A stretch of 64,000 nucleotides of DNA, from positions 37,777,967 through 37,841,966 of the forward strand of contig CM120640.1 in the NCBI GenBank assembly GCA_051362555.1, read 5' to 3'. The position numbers and the translations under genes are program-made. Each line of letters begins with the position of its first letter. The first letter of the stretch is position 1. Source of the DNA: Lingula anatina (lineage: Eukaryota; Animalia; Brachiopoda). The notes under the pieces were generated by a model. The model had not been told where the DNA came from. It searched no databases and worked only from the letters and a program-made list of their open reading frames with translations. Of the stretch, positions 13,288 to 51,287 are shown in pieces.

Positions 13288-14311
13288 CCATGGCCCATAG
13301 GAGCCTACGCGTGCGTCTTTTAGACGCCCCTTTACATGCGAAAACGACAAGGCCTATGCCGAGTTCGTCTTTTACTACAGAGCTTTGAGAGCCGAAAATG
13401 ACATGGCTGTGCCTCTTTCGCCACTTACTGAACTCCACAGATGCGAGATTGACACGACCCATGTCGCGTTCGTCTCTCAAATGACACTGTTATAAAACAT
13501 GAAATAGGCATAACGTGTGATTTTCGCAGCTGAATAAGTAGACCCTTATAAACGAAGTTGACGTAACTTGAGAGTCATGTCGCTTTCAACTCTTACAAAC
13601 CTCCAACAAAATCTATCTCCACACAGACGCGCGCGACATGTACTATTGGACATGGGTCAGTTGAAACCCTATTAAACTAAAGGGCTGATGTTACTTTATA
13701 TGTCAAATCCAATTAATTTGAAACAGTGTTGTGCTGTACCAAAACATTTTCTTTCATTTGAATCCCATCATAATTTAGTGCTATCTAGATAACAGTGTGG
13801 CTAATTGCTTGTAATAATTATATGGCCTCATATTTTTATTTTCAAGGATTCAAATATAAAGGGTTTTAAGACGGTCCTTCTGTTTCAAATTAATTGGCTG
13901 AAAGTAACATGAGCCATTTAGGTTAATGTCGCTTTCAACTGACCCATGTCCAATAGTACATGTCGCGTGCGTCTGTGTGGAGATAGATTTTGTTGGAGGT
14001 CTGTAAAAGTTGAAAGCGACATGACTCTAAGGTCACGTCAACTTCGTTTATAAGGGTCTACTTATTCAGATGCGAAAATCACACGTAATGCCTATTTCAT
14101 TTTTTATAACAGTGTCTTTTGAGAGACAAACGCGACATGGGTCGTGTTAATCTCGCATCTCTGGAGTTCAGTAAGTGGCGAAAGAGACACAGCCATGCCA
14201 TTTTCGGAACTCAAAGCTCTGTAGTAAAAGGCGAACTCTGCATAGGCCTTGTCGTTTTCGCATGTAAAGGGGCGTCTAAAAGACGCACGCGTAGGCTCCT
14301 ATGGGCCATGG
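13288..14311. mobile_element. Foldback-type non-autonomous DNA transposon with ~435-bp inverted arms and TA flanks
   Basis: Left arm 13288-~13726 starts CCATGGCCCATAGGAGCCTACGCGTGCGTCTTTT. Right arm ~13880-14311 ends AAAAGACGCACGCGTAGGCTCCTATGGGCCATGG. TA at 13286-87 and 14312-13. The mirror ORFs 13193-13480(-) and 14119-14346(+) translate almost identically, confirming the inversion. Confidence 0.9.
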
Positions 14312-14962
14312 TACATTTTCAACCATACAGCGTAATGTGTTCATAAAGAAGAAACTTATCGAAACTACCAACAATTTAAACATGACAGGTAAGTTTGAAG
14401 CCCATCAACTGCAAGTCAGTAGGTGGAAATCTTACCAATTATAATTCACTGCTATGCTATTGCCATGGGAACAGTAACCTGTGCCTAAACGGCGATATCG
14501 CATCCAGAGAGAGATCGAAGTTAATTACGAACTACGACAGTTTGCTATAAGCTAGTCATTTAAGGTATTTTAAATAGAATCGATCGCAGTAGACAGCAAT
14601 TAGCCAATTTGCTATTGTCAGAATTTCATTTCATATTTGTTGTTTGAGTATTGTTCGGAATTCATCGGACTGTATCTTCGCCGCTTGCTATAAGCAATGT
14701 CAATAAGAATTGAACTGGGTTAATTGAGAATTTTATGACTGATAAAACCATCTACAGTGCGTGCAAAAAGCTCAGGATAGATTTTACGTAGGATATAAAT
14801 CGTAATGACGCATATTCTAGCGTCGGGGAGCAGTGATTGAAAAATCTCTTTATATACAAACTGACCCTCGGAACGTACAGAAACGGTAATGAGCAACTAC
14901 CATCTAACGAACGGTGGAAGGTGAAAAGACTGAAATTCCTTTAGGCCTTTGGTAGATCAAAG

Positions 14963-39480
<24,518 letters not shown>

Positions 39481-41103
39481 TCAAAAAACGTATCAGAAAG
39501 ACGACCACTGTTGATCTTACCCAGTGGGTCATTAATCCTATGAAGGCGAACTATTTAATAGTATATATATATATCAAAATGTTAAGATACCGTCTTGCGT
39601 TAATGTAAACATCAGTCATTTTTAACGTCTTGCACTCGTGAACTGTAAGCTAGAGACATGAAATTGTACTTAAACCACTTGCAGGACCCACATGTCATTA
39701 TGGGTGTTATTCAGGTGTTGCTTTATAAAAATGCCACTGAAATATGAAATTTTATCTATTTTTTGAGGAATAAACATGTGTCTATTTACTCAATATGTGA
39801 ACAAAGGATAATAAATAAATATATTTGGTATATATTTATTTTCTTATTGATTTGTTTCTCTGAGCTAAATTACATTAGATTTATCACACATTTCCGTGTG
39901 TGGCGCCAGCCTAATTATAACTTAGTCCAGTTTAAAAGGCTTTCAAATAACATAAGCTTTTCGTAAAGGTATATGGTCTCAAAGTGATTTTGGGGTAAGG
40001 GGGAGTAAAAAGGGCATCAATTTGGGGTAAAATCTGTTTATCCCCACCTTGCCGCTATTTGGTTGGGTTTCTCGTGAAATGGCACTTGAACAGGGCTTTC
40101 TTGATCAATGATGTTTAGCTCTTGTAAGCTGCAGAGTACACTTCCCTTCGACAACTACATGTGATATATCTATAGGTATATGTCGAAAGAAAAAAGCCAA
40201 TCATCAAGTTATCGATCATTTCAGGCACTGCCGTGAAGGGCGATTTCAGAGCCAGTCCTAACCGCCGCAGCTCTGGTACAATTAAAAATCTCATCGTGTG
40301 TACTGTGAAATTTCAAATGATACCAAGTGACTAAAAACTTAAAGATCACCGTGACGTTATCAGTACACATCTCCCGTACGGTGTCTTGTAGAATAGACCA
40401 CATTATTATTATGCTCATCGTTTTGTTAATACTAATTAATAAAGAATAAATTGAACTGTTCTTTTTTTTTAAACAACGTGCTGTGATTTTTCTTTATGAA
40501 TTTCGCTCAGTTAGTTATGTGAAATTAACTGTTATTAAAAATGACTTAATAAAACAACGCGCCTAACATTTTCTTTCAGAATTTTCGAAACAAGAGAAAT
40601 TTGATATAATACAAATAAAGACCAATTTTTAAAATTATTTTGCTCAGTTTTAATATTTGTGTTTTATTCGTTTATAGACAGTTAAAATATTAATTCTGTA
40701 AAGTTTACTTTGAATGTAACATAGGCATACAAGACAATTCAATAAACACGTGAAATCTTAAACGTTTTCCTTTTAAAGTGACCATCTATGTTTCAAGAAG
40801 TATAGAAAAAGAGAAAAAAAATAAAGAAAGAAAGGCAGAAAGAAGAAATGTCAATCACCTTACGGTTACGCTGTACCGTAAGAATGAGTGAAAATCCCGT
40901 CTTTTCAATCACAATCCAGCCCCTCCGTTTATTCGACCTATGAAAGCTGATTTATATGCCCAGTCACGCAATATTAAGTTCAGTTAGGGAAAGCTAACTG
41001 AAAGTATCCTTCACGTCACTTAAATGCCCCATGGCCATTATGCCTATAGTACAACACTTCGGGAAAATATCGTCAGTGCAAAACTAAGAAATGCTACAAT
41101 ACA

Positions 41104-41293
41104 CAGGCCCGTAGCCAGCAATTTCAAAAGGGGGTGGGGTCTTTTTCTGAAACAGTGGACCTTTTCCCATAAAAACTTCATGTACCTAGATCAAATGTTA
41201 CCCAGAGTGGACCTTTTCCCAGCAAAAGGGGCGGTTCTCTCGAACCCCCCACCCCCACCCCCACCCCCACCAGCCACCCTGGCTACGGGCCTG
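41104..41293. mobile_element. 190-bp MITE with perfect 15-bp TIRs and 5-bp TSD
   Basis: CAGGCCCGTAGCCAG ... CTGGCTACGGGCCTG. ATACA at 41099-41103 and 41294-41298. Internal GTGGACCTTTTCCCA occurs twice, plus a C-rich tract. Confidence 0.88.
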
Positions 41294-43476
41294 ATACATT
41301 TTCTATCAATTGTACGGAACTTACGATAGACTACTGCCGGCGTCAGTGTCATCTTTTCTGTCGACATGTGGCAATATCAGGAATATGGCATGGGACATCC
41401 TTCTTCTCCATATTTTGCTGACCATGGTCCTATCTGAGCACCTCTCACCTAAACGCTCACCTATTTACATAATGAAGAAGAGCTCACCTACTTTCCGTGC
41501 GGTCGCTTTGGTTTGAATCATCGTCTGGTTTATGAGAAGGCACAATAAGTCTCTATCTCGGAATGAGGATTACGGTTTGATAAAGTTATAACGGCACGCA
41601 CACACACACACACATAAAATAAAATTAAAAACGCATTTTTAAAGTCAGCATGCCAAAGTTGCCTCCTAAGCCGACATTTGTGTCCTCGTTAATTTGCAGG
41701 GACGACATTTAGTACGGAATTTTATGTTTGCTTTTGGTTGTAACATTCTGCTCCAAAACGTATATCAAATTAAAAGTCGCAAAAAAATTATGTTTTTATT
41801 TACTTGTATGAAACTTCTCATAGAAATTAAATCCATACTTAGTGTCCGCCCTGCATGTTGCCGGTTAACTTCTTTTTGTAATTGTGTTACTATGTCGTAG
41901 AACAGTGTTCTATCTGATCATGTTGTTCGAAGCGCAATTTATGTATACTTATGGGTCGAGGTTGTACCCGTCCCTTTTCAAAACCTGAAACATTTATTTG
42001 AAGTTCTTATTTAACAGAAATAATGAATATGTGATTGTTTTTAAATTATCATAAATTAATTCCCAAGAGGAGACATGTTGTCTGTTTGTCACTAAAAATG
42101 TGTTTGTGGGCAAATCTGCAACTTTTGCACCTCTCTGTGAAGAACTTGAATATGCACTCTTATTCATTTTAACTGATACTGCCTTCTGGGAAAAAAAGAC
42201 ATTTCAACCCCATTACGTAAAATGCATACAGGGAACTTATTTACATTTGTCGTGTGTTCAGTCGAAGAAGAGAAAGAGATGTAAATATACAAAAGACACT
42301 GTTAAAAAAAACGTATGACAACTTAGAAATCCTAACAGCCGCAGTTTTGTTTCAATATTCGTAGTGTTCATAATGAAATATATCAGTAAAATACTAGTGC
42401 TAGTTCGTCGATAAGGTCAGGTTCAACCTATACCGTCGACAAAATCAAATTAATGCAAATCGCACACTTCCTGAAGATACTTACGACGAAACGTGTGACG
42501 TTCTTAGACTGACTTAGAAAGTTTTGTGGTTGGGGCGGAATTAACCCTTTAAAAGGTGTTACCTACATTTCAAGAAGTTTGCACATCATCAATATGGAGC
42601 CACTATGGTGTCATTTCCACAGAATACGCGCCTAAACATATTTTTAACATCTTCAACATACAAAAAAACTTGCATAAACAAAGCTTTGATTTATTTGAGG
42701 TATAAATTTACCTTGTCAATTATCACTTTAATGTGTAAAACAGAAATTAAGTGCCTTGCAGAAATCCACATTGTAGTTTAGAGAGACTATAAATGTAAAT
42801 TAACACATTTAATGCTTAATCAATCTATATTTATATATAAAAGAGGAAAAACATGATCATGAAGTTTTCTAGTTTTCCATCTGCCTACTTCCTTATTCTT
42901 TGCATGTTGTAGATTCCTGATATACTACTTTCTTTTCCGGTATTGATTTTTGAAACGGATGTTTTTCCTTTCCCTTTTTGTTATCCTTCTTCACGTCTTC
43001 AGAGAACCAGCTTGTTCCTCTTCTTCTGTGTCGTCATTTCCCGGCAGCATGAACTGGTTTTAGCGAAGTCACAGGGTGAGAAGTCTAGGGAGTTCAAGCA
43101 TGAAAATGGCCCTTGTACTCGAAAAACCATCACATAAGCGTGGGTTTTGATTTATTGCTTCAAAAATTTTACAGTTATGGTGAGTGTTAGAAAAGGAAGA
43201 TTAAAGGTTGGTAAATCGTAGGAAACTGCCGTTTACCCCAGGATAATTAGTTGAATATGAATTTGAATTTTGTCAGAAAATCCTCTTGTGTGTACCTTTA
43301 AGGTAACGATATAATTCCAGAGCATTTCCTTTTTCTCTTTTTTTTCTTAATGCCAACTTTACGCTGTCCATTCATTTAAAACAATTAATTTAAACACATT
43401 TACTGTGTGTGATCTTCACCTGTTTTTATTTAAATTGAAAACTAAGAAAATTTTAATATTTTAAGCACCACAAAAA

Positions 43477-45115
43477 TTAACCTGTGTCCCTCATTTGCAC
43501 ATAGTTTCCAGGCAATCTTCTCAATTTTTGTTCACCTTCATGTTTTTCATCTGACCCAGAGGTAAACTGAACCAGTCTACTTTCAGCCTCTGTATCGGAT
43601 AAAGCAGTACTTTCAGAGGCAGATTCTTCCCTCTCTTCCTCCACAGTTCTAATACTAATTCTAGACTGCTGTACAACTGTCTCCAGCTGATCTTTCATGG
43701 TCTGCTTTCTTCTCAATAATGATAAAGTCCACTGTAAATCTTCTTCCCAAAGTTCCTGATCACTCGGGTTGATGTGAAAGGCTTTGGAAAAGCTACGCAA
43801 GGCCTGAAATTTTACCATTAGAAATAATTTCTTTATCAGTTACAGCATATTTTCAGTGATTTTAACTTATATAGGTTTCATTTTATCTTTACCAGGTAAA
43901 ATTACAATTTCTTTATTTGTTAAACTTTAAACATGCCAAATCGGACCAAAAAACAAAGAAAACAGCAGAAAATTTATAAGCACTTTATAATAAGAACATT
44001 TTACAAAAAAAAAAATAATAATAATAAAAAAACAGGCTGTTTTAATTTACAACATGGATTTCATTTTCCAACTCACATCAAGTTCAAAATATTCCTTTTG
44101 TGCCTGTGTCTATATCAAAACCAATTCAATACAGCTTGTAAATGTCATCATTACTTACAAGTTTCACTTCTCCCAGTCCTAGATGTGTTCTGCCTAGGGT
44201 CTGGTATGCCTCCCACCAAGTTGGTGCCAGCTGAACAGCTTTGCTGGCACTCTGGACAGCAGGGAACACTTCACAAAGCTGTAGGTATGCCTAGAATATT
44301 AAGGAGTAAGTATAAGAAACTAAATATTGGTAGCCATAATTAACGGAACTGTTCAGTGTATTGTAATGGAAATAAAATATTTGAAATATCAGAAAGTTCC
44401 TGCTTTTAATAACAATTTTCTAACTATCAACAATCAACTTTAAAGAAAAAACAAACCAGGGTTAGCTACTGGTAAAGATGTTAAAACGACAGTAATGACC
44501 TATAACATGCACAAGTATAAAAATAGTTTGCAGCTAATTTGTACCTGAGCTTTCATTTCATATAGTGTTGCATCCTTGGGGGTCAGTGCTAATGCTTCAT
44601 CCCACTTTTTCAAAGCCTCCCAGTACCTGAAATAACATATCACATTGCCATTAGCAGTTTGCTATTATTACATGTAATAGTCAGCCTTTTAATTTAATTG
44701 CTAATTTTCCTCATAAGCAATCCATAACAATTATTCCATTACACACGTGTGCGTGCACACACACACATACACACACACACATACACACACACACACACAC
44801 ACAATAAAATAAAGCACAAGAATATGCCTTGGCACATTATGTATCTAGTAATAATATTAAAAACCAACTATGTATCCACCTTTCTGCCTCTGCTAACGTT
44901 CCGCCTTCTGTTTTTAATCGCCCAGCTTTAGCTAATGAATCTTCCAAAGCGACAGTGCAATTTCTTTTGGGTGCAAGTGATAGCCAGTCTACTTCTCCGT
45001 TTTGTATAATAATTTCATCTTCATCAACTACATCTTTTGCATCTTTTTCAAACTCTTCCCTGCTTCGTTTAACAACTGCCTGGTCAATCTTCTTCTTCCA
45101 GCCAAAAGAAACCAT
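43477..45115 (-). CDS. TTC33: Tetratricopeptide repeat protein 33, 4 exons, 258 aa
   Basis: Exons 44880-45115, 44545-44626, 44159-44290, 43477-43803 (777 nt, open). MVSFGWKKKI..., EGGTLAEAERYWEALKKWDEALALTPKDATLYEMKAQ, EVFPAV, WEAYQTLGRTHLGLGEV and ELWEEDLQW match my recollection of vertebrate TTC33 (MASFGWKRKI...KWDEALQLTPNDATLYEMKSQ). Confidence 0.93.
44757..44803. repeat. Interrupted (CA)n microsatellite in TTC33 intron 1
   Basis: Read directly from the sequence. Confidence 0.85.
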
Positions 45116-46337
45116 TTTTGGTGAAGAAACACCTCGACTCGAGGGTGCTTCAGCTTGCTCACAGCCTGTTAATCTTTTAGAGCAGTATCACTTAGAGACT
45201 AAATACCCAGGGCCGCTCCCTCAATCGCTGTATCTACGATGGGCAGGTAATGCGACTCAAACATATTATGGAGTGACTTTGACTCTCAGAGTTACAACCT
45301 TCTCTGTAGTAGGTAAATAATGCGCTGCACAAAAAAAACTACCCACCGATATGAACTATGTTGCCCAAGATAGACTGAACATCATTTAAGTTTTGGGGAT
45401 CAATAAATATTATATTCAAAAACTTGTTGAATGTTATTTCAATATCTCTTTTTTAAAGAAAAACCGAAAAATCTTTTTAAAAAGTTTGTTAGCTGTTATT
45501 ATTATTTTGTAACATTATTATATAGTATGATGTACATCAGGGCGGTGGGGGGGGGGGGGGGGGTGCTGCAGTGCTGATGGAGGGCAGCCATTGTAGTTCA
45601 TGACAGGCTTCTAGAAATAAGGAGTACTTCATTGTGCTTTTTTAATTCCCCATGCCCCCTTTAGTCCACAGCAGCATACCTGGGGCCTATACCTGCTATA
45701 CAACCATACAGGTAGGCCTAGAGACCTTAAGTAACGGTTTGATGTTAAAGTGTGTTATTAAAGAAAGTACAAAATTTATAACTCATCATATATTTGTGAT
45801 CTTCTATGAAATTTGAGAAGTTATTTAGGCCTATATCTGTGTGCGTGTTTGAGTGTACTGTGAGTGATTGACAGAGGGGTATATGCAAAACTTACATAAC
45901 ATAGTCTTGTAGGCCATAAGTGCCTTTGCACCTGGTCCTGATGTTTAAACTTTAATCAATAACAATTGTGTGTTTTTTCTTTTACAAATATTAGATAAGT
46001 ATAAGCCCGATATATTCCCAAACACAAAATGAAATTGTAATGCTGAACAAAAATCGCAAGCATGCACCTTAATTGGCCCACGTACGGAACAATCTTGTTC
46101 GGAAAGAACAGAAATAATACAGTAACTGTTCTCCCACCCATCGCGATGACACCAGAGCCCATAGCTGAGGACTACCCTCTACCAGGACCGTAGATTAATT
46201 ATGTGCACTCTTCTCCTACGCGACACACATATCAGTACAACGGGTAGGTAGGCCTAGCTACTGAACTGAGCACGCATCTCTGCGATTTACGACATTTACA
46301 TCGTCAACGCCGCCACATTCAACCCTGTGCCGAAACC
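45116..46337. promoter_or_regulatory. Putative shared/bidirectional promoter region between TTC33 and the DDO-like gene
   Basis: Divergent start codons 1.2 kb apart (45115 on -, 46338 on +). TSSs cannot be seen, so function is inference. Confidence 0.5.
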
Positions 46338-47503
46338 ATGCCTAAAATAGCAGTTATTGGAGGCGGTGTTGTGGGAATGTCCACTGCAGTCAACGTGATC
46401 GAGTCAATCCCTGGCGCCCGAGTTACGGTGTATGCTGAACGGGTAACCCCGGACACTACCAGCGACGGTGCAGCGGGGATCTTCCGAGCTGACTGTCCGC
46501 CAGGAGTACCGGCTGAAAGGGCTAAGTGAGTAATATATAATATATAATAGAATATATAATAGCATATGTGAATCGATGGTATGACCTGTGGTGATTCAAA
46601 TACGCTAAAAACCTATTAAATACATGGCCTGATGGTTTCAGGGACAGTGTGGGGTGACTCGGACGTTTCGTGGACAGTCGTACTCAGACTGTTATCCAAG
46701 GCCTGTAATGTAACATGAGATAAAGATCCTATACTGAAGAAAAGTTATGCCCCTTTAGTCACTGGAAACTCACTTCTCATTAGTATTAATTATTCTGTGG
46801 ATTAATTTGTGATTAATAATAATAATGAATAATCCTATTTACTTGTACTTGGAACGTGGTTTTGTGTGTTTGATGGTCTCAGTTTTAAATTGTGTGTAAC
46901 ACAAACGGTAGGACTTAAAGTGAATACTGTACTTACAAGTACACATGCAGGCACAGGTCAGTGCCCATGCAGATGGCTGCTAGCACACGAAGAGGTCAGA
47001 GAGGTGGGGTAAAACCCAGTTTATCCAACAAGTAAACAAAACATCGTCACTATCAATGGTTGCATGGCGAGAGGCAATATTGGTCGTGACCTGATTCGAC
47101 CAGAATTATCAACGAACTCAACGCACATCTTCCTCGGAGTTCAACCCCCTTGCTCGTGCCTTTTAAAATATCTCGCGTCGATCGAATTCGACATGGCGAG
47201 GGAGCCATTTATGATCGAATGTTAATAAAAATTGGAAAAATAAATGTACGAACAATTAAAAAGAAACAAAAAGCCATGCAATGCTTTTTTAATTTTCAGA
47301 TTTTCTTTCATATGAAAGAGTGTTTTTTTCAATTATTATCTATCACAAAGCTTTTAGTCGTGGTGGCTCTTTGAAACTTATTTTCTGGCAGGGAATGGTT
47401 GGCTCTTTCCTTTCAACACTATGGGTCAATCGCCTACTCAGCAGAAGCAGCAAAAGCTGGAATTTCTCCGCTATCCGGGTACGATATTTACACTTCAGAG
47501 CAG

Positions 47504-47545
<42 letters not shown>

Positions 47546-48136
47546 ATTTTCAAAATTTATCAGGGTTCGAACAAAAAACCTTTAACAATGCATCAAATCA
47601 ATCTTTTACCTTCTCGGGTTCTGGTGTCATTTTTTAAAATGAACAGAGGCGTTTAAGTCACTGGTGCAAAATAAATTAGTACATATTATCAATTATATAA
47701 GTATATTGTACATGAAACGCATGTATGAAGGACACGTTATACATACGTTTGCTTATAATGTGCATATCAAATATACGCTAATACTTTTCAGCCTGGTTCA
47801 ATGTTGAGCCTTGATGTTATATTTCAATATCGGTCGGTGACAAAAGAAGAACTGGCAAAGTTACCCATGAATTTCAGGTAGTACAACAGTAGTTTGATGT
47901 CACTGTAAATGCATGATTTGAATTTGCTGGTATTAATTTTAATTTTGATAATAGAGTAGAGAAATAAAATTTAACTGACTCATCACATTTATGTTAAATA
48001 TTTTCTTTTTCAAAGGTCACTTTTTATGTGATGAATTAATACGCGCACAAATGTGAAGTCGTCCCATTCATTTTGATATGGACCTTATTTTCGTTATAGT
48101 ACAAGCCTACGAGTAGTTAACCTATTTTGTTGTACA

Positions 48137-48196
<60 letters not shown>

Positions 48197-50157
48197 GTTT
48201 TTAGAAAAAAATATAGGGAATGATTTTAACTTGGTTAATTTTTATTTCATTAATAAAAACCCAACGTCAAACATTGCCTTAAACGGGGATGGAGGGCAAA
48301 CGATAATGTCCATTTTTGATTCTATTTTTTTAGGTCTGGTTATTTCATGTCGACAGTTTACGTGGAATGTCAACTGTATCTACCCTGGCTTATGAAAAGG
48401 TATTTTGTCCATGCCTACTACATTGTACGACAATTAGTAAACATTATTCAGAAGAATATATATATATATCTAGAATTTGGCTGCAACATTTGAAATATTT
48501 GTGATGCAAATTTTAAAGATTGCTGTAAATATTGTCCTCATGACTAGTGTTAAAATATCGTCTTTTATTTCTTGAGGTTTACTTCTCATGGAGGACGCAT
48601 ACTCAAACAACGAGTACAGAATCTTGATCAGGTAAACCGTTAAAACTTTTATCCGTAAGCACGTTGAAATGGGTATAAACTATAAAATTAACAATAGAAC
48701 AAAAAGTGCTATAGATCTTCATGGATTTTACAACATAACCATGACATCACGAAACACGAATTAGTTTTTTGAATAATTTTGAATCATTTTGAATAAACTG
48801 CTTTCAGCACCATTTTAGTACACACACACACGTATGTAAGTGTTTGTACCAAAAGTGTGTATTATGCCGTTTATTACAAAAAAAGAAACAAGGTGGGTTG
48901 GCATTGTTCTCGGTACATCTGTTCTCCGCCGGATCCGGTTTATTGTATACCACGTCCGCACGATCGCACAAAGGGCAACTTATTTGGATTCAATTAACGT
49001 ATACTTCTCTACTTTTCTCATAGCAAAACTTTTACATGCAATTTTGTCTTTGGAAACGACAGGGTATGGATATGGCTATAATGCGAGAGAGAATGTATAC
49101 CTGTCAGAAACATAGGTGTCCAAGGAGACATACCCGATAGCAAGCATTCCTCTAAACTTACCTTTTATCTGGTCACAAATTCCCTAGTTTGGGCCACTTA
49201 ACATAAATAAAGCAAACATTTGACCCAGACACTGATTCCAACGAGCAAACATTTCCAAAACTCCGTGTCTTCTCATTCAGTTCGTAGGTGAATACGATGT
49301 GGTCGTGAACTGTGCTGGGGGTGGGAACAAGACCCTCCTCCCAGACCCTGCCGTGTACGGAATGCGGGGACAGCTGATTCGAGTCCGAGCACCGTGGGTG
49401 AAGCAGTTCTGTTATGCAAATAAGGGGGACCTCGGATATATTATTCCTAAGTAAAAGGGCATTTTCTTCATCTGTTTATATATTCTTATTCGATTTCGGG
49501 TAGTCCTACGTGGGAATATCTTGCTTTTTTCCTTGGAATATAGAGTTTCAAATATTATGTTGAAAATAGCTTCCCTTTTTGTATGCATAAATATATCATT
49601 ACAAGTAATTAAAAGAATAGTTTAAAGAAAGGTACACTTTTAAGTAAGGCTTTTGGACAGATTCATGTCAATTAATGTTGCCAATATTTTGTGTTAGCAC
49701 TTCTAACGTAGTTCTTGGAGGAACAAGGCAGAGGGATAACTATAACTTAGTGCCAAATGAGGATGACAAGAAAATGATATGGGAAAAGTGTTGCAAATTG
49801 CTACCGTCTCTCAAGGTAAGTTTTACATAGATGTTGAATGTTATGTCAGTTTATGTAATATCGCAAGTCTTTCATTTCATCGACTCCCTTATCATTTTTG
49901 TGATCAATTGAAATATGGCATCTGCTGATATCATGGCTTATCAGTATAATAAGAAGAAAAGTGCCTATTTTTTTCTTTTTTTAATCGACCTTTCTTTCAC
50001 ATTTCAGTCGTCAGAATGGTTGTACGACTGGGTGGGAGTACGGCCTTTTCGAGAACCACTGCGCCTTGAAACAGAAACTCGAATTGTTGGAGGCAAAGTT
50101 CAAAAGGTAGAATAATAGCGGTCGTTTTATGACTTAACACAAATTGTGTAGATTGTC

Positions 50158-50203
<46 letters not shown>

Positions 50204-50339
50204 AAGGGGAATCCCATTTCGACTTCTTAATAGTGAATGTTGTCCGCATGTTGGCAAATGCCTCTGAAATATTCCATATGTGCTCTAGGCTTAGAGCTCC
50301 CGTTTCTTTAACTTTCGAACTTTAGGGCATGGAGATCAG

Positions 50340-50420
<81 letters not shown>

Positions 50421-50695
50421 TTATAGTAGACAGCAAAGGTAAGCACCATTTAAGCATTTTGGTGCAAATTACAAGTTGCGCGTGCTTATGTGGAAGTACG
50501 ACTAACTTTACACCATGTCTCACAGGTTTGTGCAAAACCATTTTGTGCAAACTAATCAGCAATTTTATTTATTTTTTCTTGCAGGTGGTGCACAACTACG
50601 GTCACGGTTCAGACGGGGTGGCCATGAGCTGGGGGACTGCCGTCAAAGCTACCGAACTTGTAAGACAAATACTAGACACCTCATCAAAATTATAA
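46338..50695 (+). CDS. DDO: D-aspartate oxidase-like (DAO/DDO family FAD oxidase), peroxisomal, 9 exons, 334 aa
   Basis: Exons 46338-46525, 47392-47503, 47792-47877, 48334-48399, 48577-48631, 49281-49450, 49698-49815, 50008-50106, 50585-50695 (1005 nt, open). Motifs: IAVIGGGVVG Rossmann, TTSDGAAG, YLPWLMKRF, YDVVVNCAG, RGQLIRVRAPWVK, VVLGGTRQ, WVGVRPFR, VVHNYGHGSDG, C-terminal SKL (PTS1). GGTRQ and GHGS favour DDO over DAO. Confidence 0.9.
47509..47542. repeat. (TC)n microsatellite immediately after the DDO exon 2 donor
   Basis: CAG|GTAAG followed by (TC)17. Confidence 0.9.
48139..48196. repeat. (TTA)n microsatellite
   Basis: Read directly, DDO intron 3. Confidence 0.93.
50161..50413. repeat. 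A41 homopolymer (50161-50201) and (AT)~35 microsatellite (50343-50414) in DDO intron 8
   Basis: Read directly from the sequence. Confidence 0.93.
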
Positions 50696-51287
50696 ATTTC
50701 TACCACACTCAATGGGTTGGCATTTTTCTTATTGGCAAAAAGGGGAGACCATTTTCGATTGTAGGAAGTGATAAATGAAACATGAACTAAAGGAGGAGTG
50801 GCAATGCAATATACTTCAAAACTGACGGCCATTGGTAAAAATGTGTTTCACATGGGTGGAGAAACTTTTACATACAGAATCAATTAAAACAAATTTCACA
50901 ATACAATTAAAGTCCTTTGCAGTGATTCATTTCAATAAAACTGACAATTTATTAGCTTTACTGATTGCCTATTTCATCAACTTAATTCACTTATACAAGC
51001 AAACACTGCCGTTATAAGACATGTTTATCAAGTTAGCTTTTTACTTAATGCTCGAGAATCGATGTTCAATAAAATAACAAATAATTAAAACACCCAGATA
51101 TATTTTTTACTTAAAAAGGCAAAGTGTACAGTCTGTCCTTCAAATTAATAACAATATAGCACAAGTCTCAACTGACCCTGTGTCTATGTACTAAAGCTCG
51201 TTTTACGAGAATTGCGGATAATCAATTTTGGCAAGGATAAAATCAAGTCCTAACATTGACAAGTGTGAAAAACATCATGAAATTCAA

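Noticed and set aside
13193-14346. Two near-identical ORFs on opposite strands (MRDERDMGRV.../MRDKRDMGRV...) that look like a gene pair
   Set aside because: They are translations of the two arms of the inverted repeat, with non-ATG starts and no recognisable domain.
44829-45320. 163-aa + strand ORF overlapping TTC33
   Set aside because: Antisense shadow of TTC33 exon 1 with no independent coding signal.
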